Part shown: piece after piece, positions 14,001-27,974 of the stretch | Layout: the number at the start of each line of letters is the position of its first letter | Numbering within the stretch: the stretch's first letter is position 1 | Assembly: GCA_036785375.1 (NCBI GenBank) | Contig: JAWMAR010000067.1 | Location: forward strand, 3,410,001-3,474,000 | Length of the DNA: 64,000 nucleotides | Direction of reading: 5' to 3' | DNA from: Leucoraja ocellata | Taxonomy: Eukaryota | The notes under the pieces: model-generated | Databases searched by the model: none | What the model was told of the DNA's origin: nothing | Seen by the model: the letters and a program-made list of their open reading frames with translations, nothing else | Program-made: the position numbers and the translations under genes

Positions 14001-15468
14001 ACATTTGGATAAGAGGGTTTAGATGGCTGTGGACCAAATGCACTCAAATTAGACTAGCCCATTAAATCAAATTAGTTGGGCTGAAGGGTCTGATTCCATG
14101 CTGTACAGTTTGTATTCTATGGCCGTCCCAGGTTTAGGATTAAGCCAAGTTAATGAATGCCTAGCATTTATTCTTTTCCTTTGACCACATTAAGGTTGCT
14201 GCTGGCGATCGAAGCGCAGATATTCTCATGCTTGGAGGATGTGATGGATAGCAATTGGCAATTGGGAAGCTGGTAATGACTTTTTATTGTTGCGGCATGG
14301 GGAAGAAATAGAGATTGGAGTTTAGGGGTTTGAAAACAGTGAATGGGGAATCAGCGGCCCAGAAGGGAAGAGGGAATTAGATTTACAGTGGAGATACAGT
14401 GCAGGAAATACTTCGGCCCATTGAGTCCGTGCTGATCAGCAATCATCCCATACACTAACAGTATCCTACACAATAGGGCCAATTTACAATTTTTACCAAA
14501 GCCAATTAACATACAAACCAGCACGTCTTTGGAATGGGGGAGGAAACCGGAGCTCCGGGAGAAAATACGCACATTCACAGGGAGAACGTACAAACTCCAC
14601 ACAGACAGCACCTGTAGGATCGATCCCAGGACTCTGGTGCTGTATGGCAGCAACTCTACTGCTGCGCATGTTTAGAAATGCCCATTAAATATTACGACAT
14701 ACCTGGGAACAATTCTTATCACGTTCCCTTATTACAAAATTAATTTCAGTTGAATGGTACCGGAAAAGAACACTATTGCATTGAATTTTCTGGCGCCCAG
14801 TGTAACATTGTAACTACAGGTATCTAAATTCATTCGACATTTTCACTACTAATTGGTTGATAGGATAGACAATAGCATCTTAAAGTATGGATCATCTTGT
14901 CACAATCATTAATAAGCTATTGTGAAAATTCAAGTATTTTCAATGGCATAATACATTAAACATGACCTATACATCAAAACTGAAATTATGAATAGTTAAA
15001 ATAACAGGCTTAGTAGATAATACATAACCTATTCAACATACTCAGCTTCAGTTCCTTTGGTAGAAGAGTGTCTGGAATGCAAATTTCAATCACTTAAATC
15101 TTGCCCATTTCTACCATAACTTTTCACCTCCCCCACTTTACTTCTGAAAGTGACACCTATTCCTTTGTCATCTGTAGATTCAATGAATTCCTAAATTGCA
15201 TCTCATGCTGTTCCCTACACAAATTCTGCTGCAATCTTTGTAAATGTTTTCTGTGGAAAATCATATCAATTACTATCTACTGATATTAAATGCATTAAAG
15301 AGTTATCTTTATCAAAAAAATCTATAATTTAAAGTTGAAGTTAAATGTAAAACTTTAATTCAATTTCAAAAATCAGGCAGTCCCTAATTGCATAAGGGTT
15401 CTGTTCCTGAGAACTGTCTGAAAGCGAATGTCATTATAAGTGGGAAACATCCATTTTTTATAATGTAA

Positions 15469-16305
15469 CTAGACCAAGTTGGACCCATCTGGTCCCGTCC
15501 CCCAACACGGCATCACAGGGGAGGGCTGGTCCCTGAAGGCAATATTCCACCACTCACCCAGAGGTCCCAATACTCACCACTCCCTAGGGGGGTAAAAAGG
15601 GAGAGGTGGTAAAGAAGGAGGGGGGTGGGGGGTAGAGAGGGAGGGGGGGGGGGTAGAGAGGGAGGGGGGGGGGTAGAGAGGGAGGGGGGGTTAGAGAGGG
15701 AGGGGGGTTAGAGAGGGAGGGGGTACAGACAGAGGGGCGGCAGAGAGGGAGGGGGTAGAAAGGGAGGCGGAGGGGGTAGAGAGGGAGGGGGTAGAGAGGG
15801 GGAGGTGGAGAGGGAGGGGGAGGTGCAGGGGGTAGAGAGGGAGAGGGAGGGGAGTAGAGAGGGAGGGCGAGGGGGATAGAGAGGGAGAGGGGCAGAGATG
15901 GAGGGGGGTAGAAACCCTACCCCATCTCCCTCCTCCTCATTTCCCTCATCCTCCTCCCCTCACTTCCATTCCCTGCCCCAGGACCTACCCAGGTCATAGA
16001 GCAGCGCCAGGGCCTGGACAGCTTGGGAGCCCATTGTGATTGGTGCACTGTGAGAGGCATTGTGAAATCATCACTGGACGCTCTCTGAGAACGCGGTTTT
16101 GGCTTTTTTTGAAAGTTTAAATCATGAATAACTTCGTAAATATAGGTCAGAAAGCGACGGGAAAATGTTTATGGCTTTGACGGGAAAAATATGAGTAGAA
16201 TATGTGAAAATGGGAAGGCTGTGGCCGAGCGTATGGAAGAAGATAGGAAAAAGCAGAGTAGAGTGACACATTGCTGGCACAAACAAAGAGTTTTAGTTAT
16301 ATAGA
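15469..16305 (-). mobile_element. Non-autonomous Helitron with internal G-rich minisatellite
   Basis: On the minus strand A|TCTATATAACTAAAACTC...GGGACCAGATGGGTCC hairpin...CTAG|T. Canonical TC/CTAG ends in an AT target, no TSD. (AGAGAGGGAGGGGG)-like array at ~15600-15910. Confidence 0.85.
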
Positions 16306-18789
16306 TAAAAAGGAACTGCAGATGTTGGCTTACACCAAAGATAGACAGAAAATGCTGGAATAACACAGCGGGTCAGGCAGCATCTCTGGAGAAAATGAAT
16401 AGGTGGTGTTTGGGGTCGGGACCTTTCTTCAGGCTGATTTGGGGGGGGGGGGGGGGGGGAGACTGGAAGTGAGAGAAATCCCTTTTTCAAGATCCAAATT
16501 ATTAGAAACATCATCTCTCCATTTTCTCCAGCGATGCTGCTTGACCCGTGGAGTTACTCCAGTATTTTGTGAATATTCAGTTTTTATACCTACCCAGATC
16601 ATTACAGTCTATATACACTCAGTACAAGTCTTTAATTTCATTGAATAATCATCTTAACACTACCTGGAATTAACCTAATGGAATATATATTATATCCAGT
16701 CCTTATTAAATACCATGAAATATCATTACAGGTATTATTATTATCTGTCTGAAAAAAGGTCCCGAGCTGAAGTCGCCATCCATTCAATTCAGAACTGCTG
16801 TCTGGCCTGCTGAGTTACTCCAGCATTTTGTGTTTTGCTCATGATTCCAGCTCTTGCAGTCTCTAGTGCCTCCATTATTATTATTACTAGTTTGGAAAAA
16901 TGCTTTAAGAATGAATGGGGACATTTACATAAAAATCAAATTTTTATGAAACTAGTCATTCGGAACTTTGGGAACCCCGACTAAATCATGCACTTGTGAA
17001 ATGGAATAGTGGAACTTTGTTTGTTTGGGCACACAATAAGATGTCAAGCAAGAACTGAGTGGAAATCAGATTTAACAAAAGGTAAATCACAGCCAGGCAC
17101 AAGCACAAAACACTCTAGTGTTATTTGTGCTAAACAATGTATTAACTATTTCCAACTAAATATATTCACTGTTCATAAGTTTAGTCATTATGAACAGATT
17201 ATTCATAACAAAGAAAATGAAAAACTAAGCATGAATTGGTCTATTAATGGGGCTGGCAAGATGGCACATCTAGACTACAACAGAAGGTATTAAAGCACTT
17301 AAATCAAAGTATATGAATCAACCAGTTCTTAATTAAACTTACAGAAATAAAAATATTACAAAATGAAAATGGAGTAGCTGTGCTTTACATAGACATATCC
17401 CATGAGACCTAAAAATAAGGGAAATCAGATTAAACAGAGATTTGATTTCATACTTTGAACGGATGATGGGTCAAAAGGACCTCTCTTTTTCATTGTTTAC
17501 GAAAGAACTGCAGATGCTGGAAAAATCGAAGGTAGACAGAAATGCTGGAGAAACTCAGCGGGTGAGGCAGCATCTATGGAGCAAAGTAGGTGACGTTTCA
17601 GGTCGAGACCCTTCTCACTGCAATTCTTCTTCTTCCTCCTGCAATGGGCAAGGGTGTGCCTGGAATATGACAATATTTTGAAAGACACAACCAAATAATC
17701 TCTGGGGATGACAGCAGAGAATCTCCTACCTGTACAGGCGGCAGGATCTTATGTTGAAGACCATGATGACAGTCTCCACAACGTTCCTGGTGGACAATAG
17801 CTATGTTTTTCCTTATCTGCCAACACTGGACAGCACAGAGTCACAGCAGATAGTTCGGCTTACCTGGGTTTGATCCTGACTTTGTGTGGAGTTTTATCTG
17901 TGAATGTATAGGCTTCCCCAAGATGCTCTGGTCCTGCCTCCCCCCATCCCAAAGTACACGCTAGGCAGTTAATTGGTCTTTATAATTTTCTTCTAGTGTA
18001 GATGGGTGGCAGAAGAATCAGGAAGGAGAAGATGTGAGGGAGAATAAGTCATAGGAAAGCAAACAAGGGAGTGAGATTGACTGAAATACTATGAGCCAGC
18101 ATAGACTCGATGGGCAAAATGCCCTCCAGTCATGAGAAAGTACGAGTTATCAAATGTCAAATGACCAATGATTTCCTGGCAACCAGATAGAGAATGTTAG
18201 AGCTGCTGCCTCACAATGCCCGAGACCTGGGTTTGATCATGACGTCGGATGCTTTCTGTGTGGAGTTTGAATGTTTCCTCTGGGTGCACCAGTTTCCTCT
18301 CACTTCGCAACAACGTGTGGGTTTGTAGGTTAATTGGCATCTGTGAAATTGCCCCTGATGTTTAGGATGTGGATGAGAAAGCGGGATAACATAGAATAGT
18401 CGATGGTCAAACTGGACGGTGGGCCGAAGGGCCTAGCCTCCATGCTGTATCTTTCAATCAATTCAATCAATCCATAAAGAGGAGAACCCTCATCCTCCAG
18501 AAGGATCTGTTGGCCAGCTGCAGTGGATGAAAAGTGGCATGGAACATACAAGTAATTCATGCTTCCCTGATCCACCAGGATCTTTAACAAGTTTGAACAT
18601 ACTTGGTGAACAACAACCTTTTCTAAAAAATGGAAAAGTCAAAATGCACGCATTGAGCTCTTAGACCAATAAATATGCAGTCTATTTCCTTCACCCTTGA
18701 GAAGATTGCTGTCTGAAATTCTGTGTGTGTCTTCTCTTTTGCTGTTTACTGAAGGAGAAGGAGAATAAATCAATGAATCTGTGGTTTAA

Positions 18790-19400
18790 TTGTGCTTTTA
18801 TTGTCACATGTGCAAAGTGCTAACACAGTGAAACTATTTGTCATACAAAGAGTTCATAGAGTATTGCCATACCCCCGATCCTCCATTAGCGAGTGTACAG
18901 AAATAATTTACAGACCTGGCATGCAAGAGGCACCATGTTTTGGCACCATTTTCAAAGTCCACGCTCAAGTTCTTATTAACCTGTTGCAAGCAAATCCCAG
19001 GCTGTTGTGGGGCCTCCTGCCATTTCCTTCCTTGGACGCCAAGTCCCTCTCCTCACCCGTCCACCTTTACTCTCTGGGGATGCCTCCTGCAGCCGACCTC
19101 GAGGGCGCAGTAGGCCAGGCCCTAATTTCTTCTCCTCTCCTACCAACCTTGTCCTTAGCCCATTGCGTCCATAATTGATGATTCCATCGTCCCAGTCTCT
19201 GGACTTCGGGGGATGAGCTGTGGACCGACTCAGCGGCTTCCTCCTGCAGGACGTGAACCGCAAGATCTTCCGTCGGCCGCGGGAGATCGGCTCGGTAGGC
19301 TCCCTCTGAATCCGCAGGACCTTAAGTTCGTCTGTGCAAGAGCCATGGCCTCCCGGGAGCATGGACAGCCGCGCGCAGCCTCCTTTTCCATTGAGTAGAA
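18790..19400 (-). mobile_element. GC-rich non-autonomous retroelement with LINE-like 3' end
   Basis: Minus-strand end tttcactgtg...catgtgacaataaa resembles the Rex1 3' ends in this window. The body is CpG-rich with no credible protein. Confidence 0.5.
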
Positions 19401-20714
19401 AACCTCCATCAAGCAAGATTGCATGTGATATGAAATATAGCATTTATCAGCTGTTGCCACATTTATCAGCTGTTGGTTTATGCATGCAACCAATCATATA
19501 TAGGTTAGCATCACTAACCCCGCCTTACTGTGTCATTTATATTAACACCCACTTCCTTTGCTACGCAGTTCGGGTAGCAGACAGGATGCAGTGACAACTA
19601 ACATGCTATTGTGCTGTTAAGTCTGTATGTAGATTAAAGATGATCTTAAATTACATGACGTGTATATGTCTTATCTACACCACCTACAATGAGCTGGAAG
19701 CGTTCACTACTACAGGAGAGCAATCCAGGCAAGAATGTCCATTGTAACTCTGGTTGCAGCAGGTGCTATCACTGCCTATAAAAATCTTAACTCCCATTGT
19801 TCCTGTTCATATGTGCATGTAGGAATGTTGCTTGCGCATGATTCTTGAGAAATAGGTCCTTCCAGTGCAAGCGCTTTTCCTTTTCTACCTTGGCATCATC
19901 TGGCAAGATACTGTAGATCCAAAGTTTGCAATAATGGATTTAAAGAGAAGCTCAGTGGCAGATTGGTTATTGGTTTCTGATGTTTGGAGAAAATGAGTTA
20001 TCGAACAAGAAAAATCCCATTAAACCAACGGTAGTTACAAAATATATTTTATGAAACAAATTGACTTAGTAACTGAAAAGCGAAATAATTGTAGATGCTT
20101 GAAATCTGAAATCAAAACAGAAAATGCTGGTATACTCAGCAGGTTACGCATCACCTGTGGAGAAAGAAACAGAGTTAAAGTTTGAGGTCAATAAAAGTAA
20201 GAAAGCAATTATTATATTGTCCTGAAGCAAAAAAAAAAAATTGCTGGAGGAACTCTGTAGGTGACCAGACTCCAGCACCAATAGTCTCTTTTGTCTCCAT
20301 TTCACTGCAATTTTTTGTTGTACGCCCACTTTAAAGAAGTTCTCCAGCTCCCTTTGCCTGGGATTTTGTGAATCCTTCTCCCACTGTTCTCCCTCCATTA
20401 TTTTCATTGATCTTCTGCTCTTTGACAATGTTCTCACCTCGATTCAGTACCATAGCCAGCTGCCCGTTTGACCTGCTGAGATCCTCCAGCAATTTGGGTT
20501 CTGAACCTGAAACCTTAACTCTGTTTTTCTCTCCAAGGATGTGCCTGGTCTGTGTATCCCCACCATTTCCTTTTATTTGGAACTATTGATTACTTACTAC
20601 AAATTCGCTTCCAATCTACTGTAAATAACTTCACACACAAGGAGTGCATCACAAAATACTGAGATTAGAGTCAAATATTGTTATAATCTATCAGCATACA
20701 TATGGCGGTGCTGG

Positions 20715-21536
20715 GACATCAGGTGGCGCTGTTGATGGCTGCCTCCGCCTAGAGTCTATTTGTCTTTTATATTTGTAGTTGTTTAAAGTTTGTTTTTGGA
20801 GTTTTTTTTGTACGTTATGTGGGGGAGGGGGGTAGGGTAAGGGGGGAACCGTCTTTCAGTCACTTCCTGGCGAGGATACGATTATTATCCGAGTCGCGCC
20901 CTCGCCCCCTCCTCATGGCCTACCTACTGCATTGGCGCGGCCGGGATCCGGACCAGAGCTTCAGCAACGGCGGCGCAGCGCTGGATACATCGCGGAGCGG
21001 GCGATGCCTCTCCTGGGATCGCCGTTTGAGGCTCTGGAGTGTTGGGCCTGCTGCATCGACATTGCGGAGCTGTGGTTTGTGGAGCTCCCAGCGCGGACGG
21101 CGCTGACCATCATCGCGGAGTCCTGGGACTCTTGGCATCTCTTCCCAGCTTGGACTGTGGACTTCAGGAGCCACGGACTCCGGTGGGAGGTGGCAGATTT
21201 GGAGGTCCAGGCCGCTGAGGATGTTCTTCCGTTCGACGTCAGGGTTCCATCGTTCCTGGCGAGAGGGCCTGAACATCGGGCCACCTGTAACAGTGACTGC
21301 GGGGGTCGCGGGAGGGCACGACCATGGGTGAACATCGGGGAACATCAGTGAGGAGGTTGACTGGACTTTGGCCCTTCCCTCACAGTGGGGAATTTTGGTG
21401 CCGCTGTGGGGATGTTTGTGTTGTGGACTATCGTGTTCTATGTTTTTGTCTTTTTTATTCGTATGACTGTATGGGAAATAGCATTTTGTTGTCTCTTACT
21501 TGAAGACAATGACAATAAAGTTGAATCAAATCAAAT
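20715..21536 (+). mobile_element. GC-rich non-autonomous retroelement (~820 bp)
   Basis: CpG-rich non-coding body, hairpin at 21378-21411, gacaataaa, then an (AATCA)n tail. The 3' part resembles 35700-35890 and 56150-56320. Confidence 0.65.
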
Positions 21537-21621
21537 ATTGAACACCAAACAACACTGAGACTGTCCCATGCAATGGAGACCCAATAAGCACTGTCATGAT
21601 TTTTCTAGCATTGAATGTTAC

Positions 21622-21697
21622 CTGCTTGAAGAGTTCTTTTGTTTGCATTCCCCTGGTGACAGAAGAGCAGATGGAGTGCTGTAACTTCGATGGAAAC
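21622..21697 (-). CDS. CLIP4: CLIP4 next coding exon (76 bp)
   Basis: gtgtatag|GT TTC CAT CGA...AGC AG|gtaac translates to (G)FHRSYSTPSALLSPGECKQKNSSS(R). Phase 1 entry matches the upstream exon. It resembles CLIP4 GFRRSFSTTSASSQKEINRRNAFSK (recalled). Confidence 0.85.
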
Positions 21698-24600
21698 CTA
21701 TACACCAACAACAACAGACGAACGATTTTAAGAAAATTATCATTGCTTTTCTTAACAAGCCTTCTAATGAGCAGGGTGTATTTAATCCTACGCAGAGCTA
21801 ATGTTCAATTTAAATAGCAATAAGAAATGAAACAATGTCTGCAAAAATGCAAAATGTGATGGTATTCTCACAAAACATTTTTTTAAATCATTCCTTTAAA
21901 AAAACTTATGCCCATAGATTGAATCTTTATATTAGGTTATCAATTCCCATTTTAACAGTGTAAGACTCCTATAAGGTTTCCAACAGATTGGGCATTAATC
22001 CATCAGTTTTGGTAGAACAGCCCATGGCTTAACCACTTAATTTTCTAACAACTACACTGGGGCGCTCAGAATGGCAGAGCTCCCAATCAAGAAGAGCACA
22101 AATTCACAGACCCAAATCCCAACGATGCCCATGACTCCTGCTTGTGCAACCAACAAGACATACAGAAGGTACTCATGCCATCTGGAAGAGGTGCTCAACT
22201 TCTTAAACAGCAGGAGCACAGAGTAAAGCTAAGAACATTTCACTGATCTCACCAGAGCCAACAATGGGCACTCTCTTCTTTTCCTGCTGGGTTTAGGTTT
22301 ATGCTTATTATTGTCGTGTACTGAGGTATAGTAAAAAGCATTGTTTTCATGTTTACCTGATCAGACTGTACCAAAATACAGTCCAGTCAAGCTCACATAC
22401 AAAAGGTAGAGAAAAGGAGAAGATACAGAGTCTAATCTCCCACCATGCCCTTCATAGTTCGCTCTAGATAAGGCCAGTTCTATCTTGGCTGTTTTACTAC
22501 GGCTATCAAATTCCCTCAAAACAATTAGACAATAGACAATAGGTGCAGGAGTAGGCCATTCGGCCCTTCAAGCCAGCACCGCCATTCAATGTGATCATGG
22601 CTGATCATCCAGAATCAGTTCCTGCCTTCTCCCCATACCCCTTGACTCCGCTATCTTTAAGAGCCCTATCTAACTCTCTCTTGAAAGCATCCACATGTGC
22701 ATTACTCACATGTGCAACCCTAAATCCTCTTCCTCTACATAACAATCTAATTTAGCAACAAGATCAGATCAGTTGCAACCTAAAGGGTAATTGGAGTCTA
22801 TACTTTGCATGATTCAATCCTTACTCAAACAAATCCCATGGCTTAAGTTTTCTCCACTCTGCACAATCCTTCACAAAATTCATCTCTTGGGGTTTCAGCT
22901 TCCCTCTTAATTTACTTTTTACAGTGACATTCCTCTTTCAATTAAACACATTGAGATTATTTAATGTGAGTAGCACTGTACATATTCAACCTGTTCTGGC
23001 CCTCATTATGAATGAAAACAAAGGATGGCCACCTTAATTCAAGTTCAGAATGTTAATAAATTACTGCTGAACAAATTAAGCAGAAAAAGTCAAATTTAAT
23101 TTAAACTGAACTTTTATACAGCGCCATCTCCATTAAGCCAGATTTAGTTCAGAGAAACTGAAGGATTTTTATCGAGAGTTCTACTATTATCTGGCTATGC
23201 AGCCCACTGTTAAGAATACCTAATGTACTCTAACAGCGTAATAAATCATTGTCAATTTAGCCCAGTCACAATACGTGTATCAAATAGAAAAATGGAGTAC
23301 CCTTACTAACATCACTCTGAAATGAATGTCGCTCTATGAAATGAATGTTGATAAGGAATCTTATGATCTTTTCCTCCACTGGGAAGTGTAAACGCAGCAA
23401 GGAACCGAGTAAAACAAAGAAATGTCTGATTTAACCGAAAGGGTAGGCAATCTATTGCAATAAAAGCTAGGAATTGCTCATTGGTTTTAATGCACCTCTC
23501 AATTAAATGCATAATATGCAGAATACAAAGTCTTTATAATTAACTATTTAATTTCAAGCATTCCAGTTCAAAGCATGTCTCTGATTTTATTAGCATGACA
23601 AATCATTTATTCACCTAAACTCAAATTCTTCTTTTGTAAGCCTATTGTCAATATAGAAAAAATATTTCAATCATTTTTATGCAACAATCATTGTAATCCA
23701 ACAGATAATGCTGTAAATAGCTCGTTCTAAACTTCCCCCAGTCTAGTTTCAGTCAAAAATCACTGAGTCAAGCACTTGCGCATCTAAACTTTATTTTGAC
23801 AAAACACAATTACAGTTCCCACTACTGTACCTAACCACTGTGGGTTTGATCCTCGTATCTGCCTGATCAAGCCCTCTTTAGCCTCACTCAAGCAGAGACA
23901 CTCCAGAAGGTCACGCAGTCCCAAGCGCTCTCCCAGAAGATCGACACAGGACCTTGTGGGAGCAGACTTTTATAGGTCCCCGAACCTTGAGGGGCCGAAC
24001 CACATGGGGTTGGTCTCTATACAGTCCAATAACAGATATTGTTTAACACAGTATATGATAGACATTTCCCTAACCCAATAATACAGTAACTAATACAATG
24101 TATTTGAAAGAAAGTTCTAGAAACATAGAGACATAGATAATAGGTGCAGGAGGAGGCCATTCGGCCCTTCGAGCCAGCACCGCCATTCATTGTGATCATG
24201 GCTGATCATCCCCTATCAATAACCTGTGCCTGCCTTCGCCCCATATCCGTCGACTCCACTAGCCCCTAGAAGGAAGCAAACACGTATAAACATTGAAACA
24301 TGTGCCCTGAGGTTCAACCAGTTTCTCCAAGGCTCAACAGTTTGACCAATCATCGATTAACATGATGACCATCTTGCAACATTATTTATACTATTTACAA
24401 TGCTTTTGCAGCGATCCAATTGAAATGATGCAATTAGGGTTTGTTTGCAAAACTGCTATACATTTTATCAATTTAGGAGAAACAAGGAGAAGACCTGGAC
24501 CCCTCACCATCCTGCATACCGGTCTGGCTGGCGCCATTCAAAGCCTGTAAAGTTCAGCTGACAAGGGTTAAGCAATTCTGACAAGTGCAGGGATCCTCCA

Positions 24601-25149
24601 TTTTATGGTGTTTTTAATTTGGCCAATATTAACAATGCCACCAAAGGTATAATAAGGCTGAATGACTATGCATAGTATGATCAATCTAGTGTGCTCTATC
24701 CAATTGTTTGAGAAATGGGGAGACACAGTATACAGTCAAACTCTTTGGAAAGTATCTATTTTAAATTCAGGAGTGAATAATTCAACAAACAGATTCCTAT
24801 GTCTTTAAACTTCTATCTTTCAAGCAGTACTCCAAACTCTATTGGCCTCACATCTAAGATGCATTCACTTTTGAGATTTTTTTTTTCTTTTAGCAAAGCC
24901 ATTCAGATAGCAAATCTCTTCCGAAGGACTAAGATTCCTCCATTAAAGTCAGCATTTATGAACTGACTTGTATGTCCATGAACTGGCATGCTGTTCATGC
25001 TTGCAAACTGGTTGAAGCCAGCTATGAATAAAGAAAATCGAAAACTGCAGATGTAGGAAATCTGAAATAAAACCAGAAATGGCCAAAACAGCTAGTTAGG
25101 CAGCATTTGGAGAAAGAGAAAAAGAGTTGACAAAAATTTTTGCATTTTC

Positions 25150-26920
25150 TCTAAATGCAGGCGAGGTCTGGAGTACTGGAGAATGGTCAAATGCTGTTGC
25201 TATGTTTAAGAAGGGAAGTAGCGATAATCTAGGACATTACAGCTGGTGAGCCTGATGTCAGTGGTAGGGAAGCAAATGGAGGGGACAGTCAGCATGACTT
25301 TGTATGTACCTATATTGTCTTACAAACTTGATGAGTTTTTTGAGGTGAGAATGGTGGTCGATGAGGGTAGGGTGGTGGGTGTTGTCAACACGGATTTTAG
25401 TAAGGCATTTGATAAAGTTCCTCATGGTAGGTTGAAGCAGACGATTAAGATGCATAGAATCCACGATAACTTGATCGTTTGGATTCAGAATTGGCTTATA
25501 GAAATCAGAGGGTTGTCCTGGCTAGAGGTCTATGACTAATGGAGTTCCACAGGGATCTGTGCTGGGACCTCTGTTGTTTATGATCTATATACACAACTTG
25601 GACATGAGTGTAGATGGTTGGGATAGTAAATTAGCAAACAACACCAACATTAGTGAAGTTGCAGACAGTGAGGAAGGCTGTCCAAGTATACAGCAGGATA
25701 TATATCAGCTGCAGAAATGGATGGAGAAATGGTAGATGGGGTTTAATCCCAGCAAACATGAGGTGCTGCATTTTGGGTTATGTTAGAGGAGAGTATACAA
25801 TTAATGGCAAGGCCTCTAACAGTATTGATGTACAGAGGGATCTAGGGGTTCATAGCTCCCTAAATGTGGCCACACAACTACAGTGGTAAAGAAGGCATAT
25901 GATATGCTTGGCTTCATTAGTTGGGGCATTGTGTATGAGTCAAGAAGTAATGTTGGAACTTTATAGGGTTTTGGTTAGAATACCTATGGAGTATTATGTT
26001 CAGTTCTGGTCACCCCATTGCAGGAAGGAAGTGGAGGCTTTGGAGACAGTACAGACATGGTTTACCAGAATGCTGAACAAAACACAATGTGCTGGAGGAG
26101 CTCAGTGGGCAGGCAGCATTTGGGGAGGAATGGATCATAAGTGATTGGAGCAGAATTAGGCTATTCGGCCTATCGTCTATGCCATTCAACCATGGCTGAT
26201 CTATCTTTCCCTCCTAACCACATTCTCCTGTCTTCTCCCCATAACCTCCGACACCCTTAATAATCAAGAATCAATCTCTGCCTTAAATATATCTACTGAC
26301 TTTACCTCCATAGCCTTCTGTGACAAAAAATTCCACAGAGTCACCACCTTCTGACTAAAGAAATTTCTCCTCATCTCCTTCCTAAATGAACATCCTTTAA
26401 TTCTGAGGCTATGACCTCTAGTTCTAGACTCTCTCACTAGTGGAAACATCCTCTCCACATCCACTCTATCCAATCCTTTCACTATTCTATATGTTTCAAT
26501 GAGGTTCCCCCACATTCTTCTAAATTCCAGTGAGTATAGGCCCAGTGCCATCAAATGCTGATCATATGCTAACCTACTCATTCCTGGGATCATTCTTGTA
26601 AACATCCTCTGGACATGGAATATTTCTGGTTGGTACCCTTCTTTAGACCATTTTCACCAGAATTCTGCTGGATTAGAGGCTATTAGCTATAAAGAGAGGT
26701 TGGTCAAACTTGGATTGTATTCTTTGGAATGTCGGAGGTTGAGGAGACTGATTCGTAGTGTTGAGTTGCTGAGATAGGATTAGGGTTATGCTGGTTGGTC
26801 CAAGGAAATTAAGGGATATGGATCATGTGCAGGCAGAGATTAGTTTAACTAGGCATTATGTTCAGCATGGATATGATGGGCCAGAGGACCTGGTCCTGTG
26901 TATACTGTTCTATGTTCTAT
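25150..26920 (+). mobile_element. Decayed CR1 LINE, interrupted by a minus-strand CR1 3' fragment (~26137-26612)
   Basis: DFSKAFDKVPHGRL, GVPQGSVLGPLLFMIYI, LYRVLVRIPMEYYVQFWSPH on the plus strand. MFTRMIPGMSRL...RRNFFSQKVVTLWN on the minus strand. Confidence 0.88.
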
Positions 26921-27031
26921 GTTCACTTTTCAGTTTGAAAACCCTTTGTTCGGTACATCATCAGGTGCTTTTCTAAATGCTGCTTGGCATGATAGTGTTT
27001 CCAGCAACAAATCAGTAGCACTATCACCTTA

Positions 27032-27664
27032 AGGGCCTGTCCCACTTACTCGTCCTTGGCTCGCAAATTACACGACCTTGTGGTCGCTTGAGGCGTACGT
27101 GCACCGTATGGCCGCTCGGGGCCGGTCCCACTTAGAGGCGTATGGAGTTGTGCAGGGCCAGTCCCGACATCGAGCGGGGCTCCGAAATTCTTGCAGTGAA
27201 CAAAATCTTTGTGCGCCAACGGCCTGTCGCGGAACTGACGGCCAAAGTGGGACAGGCCCAAGTCCCTGGCTTGACGCAACGTGTCATCTTGAACAGCAGC
27301 AGAAGCAGGCAAATGATCGCCGAGCTCGGCCTGGGGCTCACAGCCGTTGCAGTCCGAATCCACCCCCACTTCTACTCCCAGAGCGGGGCCAAGAAAATTG
27401 AAGATAGACACAAAATGCAGGAGTCTGAAAAATGCAGACTGAAGAAGAGTCTCGACACGAAACGTCATCCATTGCTTCTCTCCAGAGATGCTGCCGGTCC
27501 CGCTGAGTTACTCCAGCTTTGTGTCCATCTTCAAATGACGTTGCGCGCTCCAGACGGCTGTACGTAAGCATGTAATCGCGCCCGACCTTCGCTCGACTGT
27601 CTCGGCTCAACGTGACAACATCGCGTAATTTGCGTGCCAAGGACACGTAAGTGGGACAGGCCCT
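27032..27664. mobile_element. PIF/Harbinger-type MITE with a nested hammerhead-type element (~27397-27533)
   Basis: TIRs agggcctgtcccacttac / gtaagtgggacaggccct, extending to ~45 bp; 3-bp TSD TTA on both sides. Confidence 0.85.
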
Positions 27665-27974
27665 TTACTTCCAAGTTCCAACATTGTTGAAGGTATTCAT
27701 ACAGCTGATCTTACTGTTCCATCAATTCACATTTGAATAATTGTAGGTGATTATGTTCCTACATATGGGACACTTGACTGCCTAAACAGTATCTCAGCCA
27801 CATGGTTAAATTGGAACCTTTGTCATTTCCGCTATCGTCTTTTTCAACCAACTCCGGAAGACAGGATCATTCAGCTCCAAGACCCTGTCACACTTTGCAA
27901 CAACTGATGACTGATCCGATATACATGCATTAGCAATAGCATGGTTTTGTGTGTGGGAGTTAATGACTCACAAA

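Noticed and set aside
20819-21351. CpG-island promoter or gene suggested by overlapping ORFs
   Set aside because: The GC-rich block ends in a retroelement tail and has relatives elsewhere in the window.
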